Positions 53,290-64,000 of a stretch of DNA of 64,000 nt are shown one piece after another. Below the pieces are notes generated by a model. The model was not told where the DNA came from. It made no database searches and saw only the letters and a list, made by a program, of their open reading frames with translations. The stretch lies in assembly GCA_053919585.1 (NCBI GenBank), contig CM132787.1; one strand, written 5' to 3'. Each line of letters begins with the position of its first letter. Position 1 is the first letter of the stretch. This DNA comes from Euprymna scolopes. Taxonomy: Eukaryota. A program made the translations under genes and the position numbers.

Positions 53290-53340
53290 GCCCTCTGATG
53301 AGAAGGAGAGTAATTCTTCGAAACTCCGCGGATTAAGGAC
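53290..53340 (+). ncRNA. Type I hammerhead ribozyme (Penelope pLTR-like context)
   Basis: CCT-CTGATGA-GAAGGA(GAGTAA)TTCTTC-GAAA-C-TCCGCGGA-TTA-AGG: intact core, 6-bp stem II, palindromic stem III, UUA triplet, 3-bp stem I. Confidence 0.75.
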
Positions 53341-53584
53341 TATCCACTTATCTTGTGCTTCCTTTTTAAAATTAAATATGTTTTCAACTCTTTTTCAAGA
53401 TGTCTTTTAACATGTTTTACTAATCATTTGTTCATATTATAAGCTCTATTTCCTTTTCGGTTTTATTGAGCTTTTATATCTGGTTGAGATTACTTTACTT
53501 GTAAATATTAACTCTTTAATATTTATAATATATTTTAAGTTTACCATTTTGATTACTTTGGTAAACTTATTGTAATTTTTATTT

Positions 53585-53741
53585 CTTAGAAGCTCCGACT
53601 GTCGTTCGGGCGTGCAAGCGTCGATCCTAGCTTGGCGTAGTTGCTTGTCTAGCCGCACTGATGAGCTGAATGTGAATGGTTAAAATGCTCCCTATCTGAT
53701 AGGTTCCTATATAAAAGATTTTTCCCAATTCTTTATTCTCG

Positions 53742-53742
<1 letters not shown>
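53585..53742 (+). mobile_element. tRNA-headed hammerhead SINE, copy B (stem II/III deleted)
   Basis: CCGA-CTGTCGT-TCGG anticodon-like arm, B-box-like GTCGATCC, GCTTGTCTAGCCGCACTGATGAGCTG as in copy A; ends ATTCTTTATTCTCGC followed by (TA)n. Confidence 0.75.
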
Positions 53743-53797
<55 letters not shown>

Positions 53798-53843
53798 GTA
53801 TATATATATGATGAAAATAATGGAAATAGTATTCCGACAAAAT

Positions 53844-53979
53844 AGAGAAATAAAAAGGAACAAACCGTATTATGTGTTCATCAACGTTTCGTCTTTATTT
53901 CTTTTATTTCATCCAGAGGAAGTCTCGAAATAAAGACGAAACGTTGATGAACACATAATACGGTTTGTTCCTTTTTATT

Positions 53980-53984
<5 letters not shown>
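53844..53984. repeat. Perfect 58-bp inverted repeat with 25-bp spacer, overlapping a minimal hammerhead motif
   Basis: 53844-53901 is the exact reverse complement of 53927-53984; CATC-CAGAGGA-AGTCT..AGAC-GAAA-CGTT-GATG at 53910-53949. Confidence 0.9.
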
Positions 53985-54010
<26 letters not shown>

Positions 54011-54032
54011 GTATATATATATATATAGAGAG

Positions 54033-54066
<34 letters not shown>

Positions 54067-54644
54067 AAGGGTCTAAAATCCGAGTAAAAATATAACGATA
54101 ATCTATAAACAGTACCTGTCAATAATACGAAACTAAAACTAATTGTAACATTTTTGCAAGGCTGTTACGTCCATAATATCGAAACAACAATGTTAAAAAT
54201 TAAGTATTGGGTAACAAAGAAATAACAAGATCTAATTTAGGAACCCAACGAATGGGATTTATAATAAAAAAATATATTTTTTAAATGGCTTAGGGCTCCC
54301 TGTAGAAACTTGTCATGACTCTACTCTTAAATAAGGATACGAAAATTAGGCGATATACTAATATTCAAATCAGAGTTTCCGTAACCACAACAAAGGTAGC
54401 TGTTTCTCGCATGCCTTTCTAGCTAGGGATTCCCCTTCCTTCCTTCTCTTTAAAAAATGCTCCATTGCCAAAAGTGTGCTTATTCATGAAGTCTGAAGAA
54501 ATTCTGGTTTTGAAAATTTTCAAACGACATAATGCTTGAAATTGTCGAACTGGACATGGAAACAATTGTAACGTAAATTGAAACACACTTTTTGTTGCCA
54601 CCAACACCTTGTTTTGAAGTCTTCTTTTTGCTTACGCAGATATA

Positions 54645-54700
<56 letters not shown>

Positions 54701-54701
<1 letters not shown>

Positions 54702-55064
54702 CGAGAATAAAAAATGATGAGCTGTGAAACAGCGAAACAGTACTGTATGTGAATGACTATAATGTTCCCTATCTGATACGTCCCTATATAAAGGATTTAT
54801 CCGAATTCTTTAGTCTCCCTATATATATATTGCGAGACTAAAAAATAATGAGCTATGGAACAGCGACACAGCACTGCGTGGGGATAACGATGATGCTCCC
54901 TATATCTGGGAAGTGAAATATAGATTACCATTAGCGATGCTCTTTATGTAAACAAATTGAGCTCAGGAACTTTGGACAATGTAAAAACATTGTTAATTCA
55001 CTGCCCGCATCGCATCAGACGTATATCGCAACAGTCAAAGAGCGAAACAGTACTGTATGTTGCT

Positions 55065-55070
<6 letters not shown>
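54701..55070 (+). mobile_element. Two adjacent truncated copies (C, D) of the hammerhead SINE family
   Basis: Each begins GCGAGA(A/C)TAAAAAAT, an inverted copy of the 3' tail; TGATGA-GCTGT-GAA-ACAGC-GAA-ACAGTACTGT-A-TGTG at 54715-54751; internal region shared with copy A; bounded by (TA)n. Confidence 0.75.
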
Positions 55071-55147
<77 letters not shown>

Positions 55148-55375
55148 GATAAGTCAAATTTGGAACTATAAAATATAACCCGAGGAAAGTTGCAAATTAA
55201 CACCAGAAATTTTCACAAAATATTTTGTTTCCAAATTTTTGTATTTGTTTTCTAAATTGAATTTAAATACATCATGATTTGCGTTTTAGTTTCAACCTTC
55301 AAGGGTTTTCTTTAGTATTTCAGCTGTTTTCATCGTTGTTATTGTTGTATGTTTCAACTTATTCCTCTCATTTCA

Positions 55376-55435
<60 letters not shown>

Positions 55436-55518
55436 TTTATTGTTGTTGTTCTTGTTGTTCTTGTTATTAATCTTATTATTATTATTCATTTACTATTGAA
55501 TGAATGAACAAATAAATC

Positions 55519-55583
<65 letters not shown>
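55376..55583. repeat. (ATT)n and (AAT)n microsatellites in inverted orientation
   Basis: (att)n at ~55376-55434 and (aat)n at ~55519-55583. Confidence 0.9.
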
Positions 55584-55584
<1 letters not shown>

Positions 55585-55785
55585 ACACTATACATGGTTC
55601 TGGTAGAAACATTAATAATTCAGAGTATTATAAAAAAAGATAAATATGTGGAAAAGAATATAACGCAGTCCCCATGCTACAACTAAAATACATATAGCCA
55701 AATACATTGTGATGTAGTTACAGAATCTATAGGGCTATGGAGACACTGTGTACATTTCCATAAATCGTGCATTTATCTATTTTTT

Positions 55786-55840
<55 letters not shown>

Positions 55841-56491
55841 GGTAGGTCCATTTTGGAACTATAGAAATAATAACTCGTGGAAGGTTATTAAATAGCACCA
55901 GAAATTTCCTTACAAGGTATTTTCTTTCCAAAATTGTGTATTTATTTGTTAAATGTCAATTAAATAATCATAATGTAGGAATTAAGTGGTAATGTCGGTT
56001 ACACCGAAAATATGTATTCATAAATTAAAACCGAGATTTAATGAAAAAAAATAGTAACATCTATTAAAAATTTACATTTGAAAGTTTATAAATTATTTTC
56101 ATATTATATTAAGTAAAATGACTGAAACAAAATTAAATACATGAAAATGTATAGTTTAAAATGCAAATTATGACTTATGAAACGTTTTTTATTTACTGGA
56201 TATTCTTCCTCATTCACCGGTAGTAAATAGCTTCCCATATTATTCGGTCTGTTTATATTTTAAACCCTTCGAATCAACACGAATTTATATATTTAACAAA
56301 GTAGGCATACTATTAATATGGTTAAACCTTTTATAATTATTTTAATTTATTAAATTTAAAATTTTAGTGTTTCTTTTAGTGGAAAGCTGGTATTCAGGTT
56401 AGTTTTAAGTAAACTGTATTATACGGTTGTTTGTAAGTAAACATTAGTTTTACTGACTTTCCTAAGTATTTCAAATGTTTTCGACATTTTT

Positions 56492-56626
56492 NNNNNNNNN
56501 NNNNNNNNNNNNNNNNNNNNNNNNNNNNNNNNNNNNNNNNNNNNNNNNNNNNNNNNNNNNNNNNNNNNNNNNNNNNNNNNNNNNNNNNNNNNNNNNNNNN
56601 NNNNNNNNNNNNNNNNNNNNNNNNNN
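56492..56626. other. Assembly gap (N run)
   Basis: 135 N. Confidence 0.99.
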
Positions 56627-57024
56627 AAACTGTCTGGAAAAACCAATGGAATTTCCGCTAGAAGTAATTTATTTATATTTTAAAATGTAGTGTTTTTTTT
56701 TAGTTTACTAGTTAGTTTTGAAACTAAACTCTATTGTAATGTTGTTTGGTAAGTAAAACAGTACTTTTTAATAAATTTCGATAGTATTTCTAATTGTGTT
56801 TAACGCCTTCGTGTTTTACAAATATTTTAATTAAGAATGGCTGAAAAAAGCACCAGAGTTTCCACTCGAAGTAAATGTGCTATTAAAATTTCAGGGTTAC
56901 CATCACAATTGGATGAAACAGAGCCACCAGCTTTTCGACAAATAATCCAGTTAAGTTATTTTTAGTTCACACTTATCTCTACTTTTCTTATTTTAGTATT
57001 TCTAAGTTAATAGCAAAGGACGTG

Positions 57025-57298
57025 TGTTGTGCTTGCAAGGTTGAACAATAATTAGTAAGGAAATACAATGTAGACGCAAACAACAAGATAACGCAATAAT
57101 AAGTGTATTAAAGGAAAGGCATATTTACAATATGTACAAATGACGGTGTCGAGTCAGAGAGTCTTGGTGGGAGGACATATACGCTCTTCGGCGTCATTTC
57201 CGGTGGCATTTGAGTAAGACACGCCAAGGCCAACCTACCCTTGCCATTTATAGTGTTATGTTATTCGCATATGCAAATAAGTGGTTGTCACCACAACA
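57025..57298 (-). repeat. 3' LTR of Gypsy element 2
   Basis: Direct repeat of 62470-62743; adjacent to the PPT. Confidence 0.95.
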
Positions 57299-57452
57299 CC
57301 CCCCTCCCAAGATTTGAAGTCACACAGATTTCAATATCTTTTTCTTTTTGGGTTTACCATTAATGGTTCATTCACTTTTCTTTTCCTACCTGATCTTCGG
57401 GGTTCAGGTGCATTTTGAGGCAGTTCCAAGTTAAAAGATTCGTATATGATAT

Positions 57453-58559
57453 CTATGGTGTCCTCCTCTTCGACTGTTGTCGTATCATCATCATCTTGGA
57501 TATGACGTTTTTTATCTGATTTAGGCGCCTTTTATGTATATTCTGTGGACCTTTAATCATGTATGTACAATCACCAATGCGTTTATCCACTACTCCACAT
57601 TCCCAGTAAGATGTGTTATTTCTGTAGCACTTAAAATATACTCGATCTCCCGAGTTATATTTCTTTCTTCTCGTGTGTGTAGTGTTTCGGATAATTGCCT
57701 GCCTTGGCAATAGTTTGTCAAACGCTGATTTTACCTTTCTGGCAAACATTAGATCAGCTGGTGATATGTTTGATGGTGTACTAGGATGTGGTGTAATCCT
57801 ATATACTTGCAAGAATTGTTGCAAAGCTTTTTCTGTTGGTGTTCCAATGGATTTCTTGAACGCTCGTTTTAGCGTGTCCACGAACCTTTCCGCGAAACCG
57901 TTCGACCTTGGATGATACGGCGGAGTCGTGATGTGCTTCACTCGGAACGTGTCGCAAAATTCCTTAAACTCTGTGGATGCGAACTGCGTTCCGTTGTCAG
58001 TGACCAGTGTGTCTGGTACACCGAATCTTGCAAACACCTCGTGTAGGAACCCTATTGAGTTGTTCGTTGTTGGATTCCTGCAACGCATTACCTCCGGCCA
58101 TTTTGTGAAACTATCCACTACAATTAAATAATAGTTTTCACCTACTGGACCAGCGAAGTCCATGTGAATTCTCGACCATGGTTGGTCGGTTTTCGGCCAA
58201 GGTTTGTGTACTATAGATGGAGATTTTGCCGCTAACTGGCATCCTTTACATTTATCAATTGTTGTCGCTATGTCAGTGTCCATGTTACGCCAGTACACGT
58301 AGCTTCTCATTAACGACTTCATTCGATTTATCCCCGGATGTCCTGTGTGGAAATCTCTTAACATCCTATTCTGCAATGTTTTGGGTATTACCACTCTCTC
58401 GCTGTACAGTAACACATCGTCACATATGGAGAAAACTTCCTGCACCTTTGTGTCCGTTATAATTTTCTCTTTTATGTCCTTTATATATTCTTCTTTCTCG
58501 GCTTCCCTTTTAATGTCCGACAAAGTTACGGGTAGTTCCTTAATGATGTTTGCTACCAT
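57453..58559 (-). pseudogene. Gypsy integrase
   Basis: HTGHPG...CKGC zinc finger; IHMDFAGP, TDNGTQF and YHPRSNGFAERFV (DDE core). Confidence 0.93.
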
Positions 58560-58712
58560 ATTTTTTACTTCAACATTTGTCCGAATTGCTGCAATGACTG
58601 ATTCTTCCAGATTGTGTTTCTGTGGTATCAGTCTTGACAGTCCATCCGCATGGCAAATCTTTTTTGATGCTAGATGTTGTAGCTGGAAACCGTAATTAAG
58701 TAGTATTGTACC

Positions 58713-59522
58713 TCAGCGCAGCAATCTATTTGCGGTGTATACCGGCAATCCTTTTTTTGGTCCATAGATCGTGACTAACGGTTTATGGTCGGTTTCAAGT
58801 ATGAATTGTCTACCATATAAATATCGGTGAAATTTAGTCACGGCAAAGATTATGCTCAACGCTTCTTTTTCGATTTGTGAATATGCCCTTTCGGCTTGTA
58901 TCAGCGTTCTCGAAGCGTGCGCTATTGGTTTTCTAGACCCATCCGGCATAATATGTTGAATGCATGCTCCTAAGCCGTAGGAGCTAGCGTCACTAGCGAC
59001 GACTATTTTTAAGTTTGTGGCAAAGTGCGTTAAGAATAAGTCGGATGTTAGTGCGCTCTTTATTTTGTCAAAAGCGGTTTGACATTCTTGCGTCCAGTTC
59101 CACGGTGTATCCTTTTTAAGCAGATTATTTAAGGGGGCTCGCAAGTTATGCATTCCTTCAATAAAAGATTGATAATAATTTGCGAGTCCTAAGAAACTCT
59201 GCAAGGTTGTTACATTATCGCGTGCTGGCATATTTTTTATTGCCGCAGATCTGTCTGGGTCTGGACGTCGTCCATGTTTGTTTATTATGTGTCCAAGATA
59301 CTTAATCTCGCTCATACAAAAGTCACATTTACTTTCTTTTACTTTAAAGCCGAATTCTTGTATTCGAGTAAATACTTGTTTCAAATGTTCCTTATGTTCT
59401 TCTAGGGATTTGCTCCTGACAACAATGTCGTCCAGGTATGCACATGCGCACTCAATACCACTTAGCATGGTGTCCATCGCTTGCTGAAAGATGGCAGGCG
59501 CTACTTTGATGCCAAAAAGCAA
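58713..59522 (-). pseudogene. Gypsy RT C-terminus and RNase H
   Basis: AYLDD, YLGH, SDASSYGLG, YSQIEKEAL and TDHKPL; separated from neighbours by in-frame premature stops. Confidence 0.93.
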
Positions 59523-59597
59523 TCGGTTGTATTTGTATAATCCCTTATGCGTATTGATGCATAGTATTTTTGAGCAATTCTCCTCGACCGGTATTTG

Positions 59598-60998
59598 TTA
59601 ATACGCGTCGCTCAAGTCTATCTTGGAGAAGATATTACCCCCATTAAACTTCGTGAATATTTCCTCTGGGCTTGGTAGGGGGTAATGGTGATCTTTTAAT
59701 AGGGAGTTGACCCCGGTCGAAAAGTCTGCGCACACTCTAACTAAGACATTCTTTTTCTTTACGTATACAGTGGGGGCTGCCCACTCGCTGTGTTCTATTT
59801 TTGATAGAATTCCCGTCTGTTCCAATCTATTTAATTCTTTATCAATCTTTTCCAACCCAGCGAACGGAACATTTCGCTTTTTCCTAAAAATTGGGCTGGC
59901 GTTTTCTTTAAGTTCAAACGAGGCCTTGAATTTATTGCAGCGACCTAAGTTAGTCGTGAATGCCTCAGGAAATAATTCTTTTAAATCGTCTTTTATATTT
60001 ACTGTTGTTGGAGAAGAACATTCTAATTTTTTACAGAATGTATTGATTGGCTTATCCCATAGTCCGAATTTCTCAATTAAATCTATTCCAAACAGATTTT
60101 CACTATTTTTTAGTACGAATTTTTTTAATTTCTTCGAAATCCCTTTCAATTTTATCGGGAGGACAACTTCTCCTTCAAATTTTATACCAGCACCAGTTAC
60201 CGTCCGGGCTGCTTTACTAGTTTTCATCATGGCCGGTTTTCTCAACTTTTTCCACGTATTCAGGTTTATTATAGAAACATCGGAGCCGGAGTCGAGTTGT
60301 AACTTTATTGATGTTTTAAATATTCCCACTTTTACGTATTTTCGCCGATCTTTGTCTAATTTAGTATTTGATTTTGTTTGCTGTACTCTCTTTCTGGTGT
60401 AATCTTTATATCTGCAGCAATCGCTTTTGTGTCCCACCTTCTTACAAATGTAGCATTTTTTCTTCTTATAAGGACAATCTGATTCCCAATGCTTTTCTGC
60501 ACATCTCTTACAGTTATATTTAGGAAGAGGCTTGTTATATTCTGTACTATATTTATGGTTATTATCTTTGGAATATCCCGTTCCATTGCTTTTCTTTGTA
60601 AAGTTCTTGGTTGGTGCGTATGGTTTTCTAACTTTTCTTACATATGCCACTCCGGATTCTTCTATATTTTTTAAATCCTTTTTTAGCGTATTGGCCCTTT
60701 CACAGTCCTCTGCTAGTTTCTGGAGGGTTAAATCTTGCTCAGATTCCAGCTTAGACAACACTCGTCTGCGTATTTCTGCATTTTTCGTGGAAACTAACCC
60801 TTGATCGAAGGTTAGACATTTAAAATCTTCTACCGTTAGTTCTGCAAGCTTAAAATTATCGCAGTTTTTATTGACAACTGATGCGTATGTCAAATAATCA
60901 AGGTTGTCCATCGTTCTTAGATTCATGCACAGCCATCTTTTATGAAAAAGAGATATATTTGGATTAAATAATTCTTTTAGTAATTTTACAGCTTCCAT
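59598..60998 (-). pseudogene. Gypsy gag C-terminus, protease and RT N-terminus
   Basis: Zinc knuckles CKRC..H..C and CYICKKVGH..C; LDSGS protease; WAAP..VKK, RVCADFS and KIDLSDAY. Confidence 0.93.
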
Positions 60999-61557
60999 GA
61001 ACTCTAATTCCGCAGTTTTTTTTAGGTAATATGTAATCTACGAATTTGCTGTGTTCTGGTGTACCCAATTTTCTGAGTAAGAGGCTCACTTTCTGACTAT
61101 TTGGCCAATTTTTACTGTCCAGTTGAAAAACATCCTCGTATCTTGTGTAGTATGCTTCAAAATTCTTCTCTTCCTCAGGCACACAATGAAATGTGTCCAT
61201 GCTATTACAAATAGTTGTATGGGAGAAATTAACACTATCGACATTTTCTCGATTACTCTTTAGTAGTTTCAGTGTTTTAGCAAAACGTTCATATTGTCTT
61301 TCTTCATATTCCAATTGGAGTTTCTTATGCCTTTCTTCCTGTCCCAATTGCAGTTTTTTCTGCTTTAATTGTGCCATTTTCTGCTTTTCTACTTGTTCCT
61401 GCTGCCATTTCAATAATCTGTCCTCTCTCTTTTCCTCGCGGTCAGCCTGTGCCTGTATTTGTGTTTGCAAAAGCTCGTTTTGTGTAGCTTGTCTGAGTTC
61501 ATCCCGCCCAGCCTGTGCTTGTAAAAATTGCATGAACAGGTTTGATAAGTCTTCCAT
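60964..61557 (-). pseudogene. Gypsy gag N-terminus (coiled-coil, Q/E-rich); frameshifted at an A8 run
   Basis: MEDLSNLFMQ..., FEAYYTRYED, LLLRKLG...FVDYILPK typical of Mag/K02A2.6-like gag. Confidence 0.88.
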
Positions 61558-62469
61558 GTTTTTTTTTCGTGTGTAGTTAAAAAAAATATTGTACCATGTA
61601 CAATATACACCGGTTTGGGTTACAACAAAAAAGCAATTGCTGTAAGCTCCTGTTTTCAATAATAATATCGCTGCTTGCAATAATATATTCTTTTTGGTGG
61701 CACGCTGCAAAAAAAAAATAAAACAGGTTTATCTGGAATCACGAAATGGAATTGACTTTCCGTTTTAGGCACTTGCTAATAAGTAACTCTTTCCACCAAA
61801 TAAAAGTTTTTTTTCGCGTCACAATTGAATAAATGTATGCAGTACATTTAGTTCTTTGATTTTTTTTAGTATTTTAGTAATTAAAATACCTCTTAAATTG
61901 AGATTACCCTTTTTTCCGTGACGTTTAACTGTATTATCCGTTATTCAGTGACAACTTCAAGAAAAAAAATCCTTTCCTTGAATTTTAGTTTTAGCTGTGG
62001 AATTTCCTTTCAGTACCGACGTCAACCAAAACATTAATCAAAAAGTCCTTTAGTTGTTGTTTTTCTTTACACAGAACAGCAATTAGAATCCACTGGTGAA
62101 CTTTTTTCGTATGTTACTTCCTTGCTTTTCGTAATATGGGTCTTACCTGTCGTTTTTTCGACAGAAAAAAGTTCGCTTTTCGTTTGCAAGTTGGTCCTTT
62201 AGTAAGACTTGTCGTGTAGCGACAAAACAAAAATTCACTTTTACATTCGTTTGCAAGTCGGATTCCCAGAAAACGGCGTAAATTGTCGCTTTTGCCACGT
62301 TAGAGGTTTTTTTTCACTTGAGTTGAAACTTCTCTTTAGCGTAAAATCCGTTTGCTCGTCAACACTTTGCATTCCTTAAAAAAAAATGGTCAACCTTTGC
62401 GTTGTACTTTTTTTTTAAATAGTTCTTCGTCAAACTGTTATATTTGACGCTTCATATCTCGTCGCCAAC

Positions 62470-62743
62470 TGTTGTGGTTGCAAGGTTTAACAATAATTAG
62501 TAAGGAAATACAATGGAGACGCAAACAACAAGATAACACAATAATAAGTGTATTAAAGAGAAGGTATATTTACAATATGTACAAATGACTGTGTCGAGTC
62601 AGAGAGTCTTGGTGGGAGGACATGTACGCTCTTCGGCGTCATTTCCGGTGGCATTTGAGTAAGACACGCCAAGGCCAACCTAGGCTTGCCAATTATAGTG
62701 TTATGTTATTCGCATATGCAAATAAGTGGTTGCCACCACAACA
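62470..62743 (-). repeat. 5' LTR of Gypsy element 2
   Basis: Followed on the minus strand by PBS TGGCGACGAG. Confidence 0.95.
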
Positions 62744-63148
62744 ACGTGATAAATATTTGGAAGGCTGTCATCTCTCGTTTGCCTTTGCTAAATCAGATTA
62801 GTCTTGTCAACAAAGTGAATATTCTATACTTTCAGAAAATCAGAGAAATTAAATAAGAATCGCATACGAAATTTTAGAAAGAAAAGTTGGATACATTGTT
62901 TGATATCTCATCATGTTCGTGCAACATGCCAGTTTTAAGTTGTAACAATATTATTGTCAAATGCAAGAAAGAAAATTGCCAGAAAAATCACATCATCATC
63001 ATCTTTATTTTGGAATTTATTGTGAAAGGGAGAATTTAATATCTAAATTATATAAAGTAAAAAAAATGCATTTCCTATTGTATTGTACATGTAAAATAAT
63101 TTTTCATGCAATAATCTGTTAAACTGTAGTTTTAATATTAGTAAATTT

Positions 63149-63294
63149 NNNNNNNNNNNNNNNNNNNNNNNNNNNNNNNNNNNNNNNNNNNNNNNNNNNN
63201 NNNNNNNNNNNNNNNNNNNNNNNNNNNNNNNNNNNNNNNNNNNNNNNNNNNNNNNNNNNNNNNNNNNNNNNNNNNNNNNNNNNNNNNNNNNNNN
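63149..63294. other. Assembly gap (N run)
   Basis: 146 N. Confidence 0.99.
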
Positions 63295-63419
63295 AGACAC
63301 CAAGGAATGAATTGATAGCAATAAACAATGTATTTCCTCGTTAGTTACAATTGTTTCAAGACTATTCGGACAAATTCAAGCATTATGTCGTTTGAAAATT
63401 TTCACAAGGACAGCCTTTC

Positions 63420-64000
63420 GTCCTTCGGCTAACATTCACATTTGCGGTGACTTCAATGTCCATAATGTAGAATGGCTGACCCACTAAAATAAGATCGATG
63501 GCAAGGGGAGGTTCTATCATGATTTTGCCACTGCCTATGGCCTCACTCAGATTGTTCACGAACCTACCCGTGTGCCCGATACTACCGGCCAATATGCAAG
63601 CCTTCTAGGCCTTTTTCTCACAATTCCGCTGAGCTATGTTCATGTTCCGTTCTATCTCCTCTGCGTTGTAGCAGTTAAGATAAAAATTAAATATAATAAC
63701 TTTCAGACGTACCTCTCCACCGTACTGTATACCGATACTCTATGGCTTACTGGGATAACTTCCGTACATTCATATCTGATCTATTTCTGCATTCCATGTG
63801 TAAAAAGGATGTGTCCTCTATAATATCAGACCTGACCGAATGGTTAGTTGTAGGCATAGATTGATTCATACCATCCAAAATATTCCAACAAAAACCTAAC
63901 AGCCAGACATGGTTCTCCCCTGAATGTGCTGCTGTCATCGCGCACAAAAATCACTTTTTCCATAGCTACCAACGTAATATATGTGCTGTGACTAAAGCTG
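63420..64000 (+). mobile_element. Second copy of the 2138-5250 LINE family (endonuclease C-terminus/linker), running off the window
   Basis: Collinear with ~2705-3305 (e.g. GGTGACTTCAA, CTCACTCAGATTGTT, AAACCTAACAGCCAG). Confidence 0.9.

Larger units (their letters stand above)
57025..62743 (-). mobile_element. Full-length Ty3/Gypsy (Mag-clade-like) LTR retrotransposon, lightly mutated
   Basis: 274-bp TG..CA LTRs (57025-57298, 62470-62743; about 13 differences by eye); TSD ACGTG on both sides; PBS TGGCGACGAG (complementary to the tRNA-Ser(GCU) 3' end); PPT GGGAGGGGGG; gag-PR-RT-RH-IN. Confidence 0.97.

Noticed and set aside
59707-60402. 231-aa plus-strand ORF (also 57673, 58345, 61193)
   Set aside because: Antisense shadows of the minus-strand Gypsy gag-pol.
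61010-61030. Programmed -1 frameshift at A-AAA-AAC in gag
   Set aside because: The shift needed to reach the downstream frame is +1 and lies mid-gag in a single-ORF type of element; a homopolymer insertion or sequencing error explains it better.

Overview
AT-rich metazoan (invertebrate-like) genomic DNA made almost entirely of repeats; I found no intact host protein-coding gene and no prokaryotic features. About 37% of the window (11751-35591) is a very homogeneous 78-bp tandem satellite with nested higher-order repeats of 18, 32 and 77 monomers. The rest is decayed or nested transposons: CR1/L2-group LINEs, an RTE LINE, RLE-type non-LTR remnants, two mariner relics, a probable non-autonomous Helitron, a 5S-rRNA-derived SINE, and two Mag-like Ty3/Gypsy elements with LTRs and 5-bp TSDs (42614-49386 +, 57025-62743 -). 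The most notable observations are: (1) several type I hammerhead ribozyme motifs, some directly behind tRNA-derived Pol III heads, flanked by (TA)n and carrying inverted copies of their 3' tails, which suggests non-autonomous ribozyme-SINEs (retrozyme-like) mobilised by Penelope-like elements; (2) a minisatellite born from the YIDD catalytic motif of a Gypsy reverse transcriptase; (3) a possible bidirectional promoter and non-coding first exon near 9.2 kb in the only unique-looking stretch. All calls were made by eye, without database searches or folding software.
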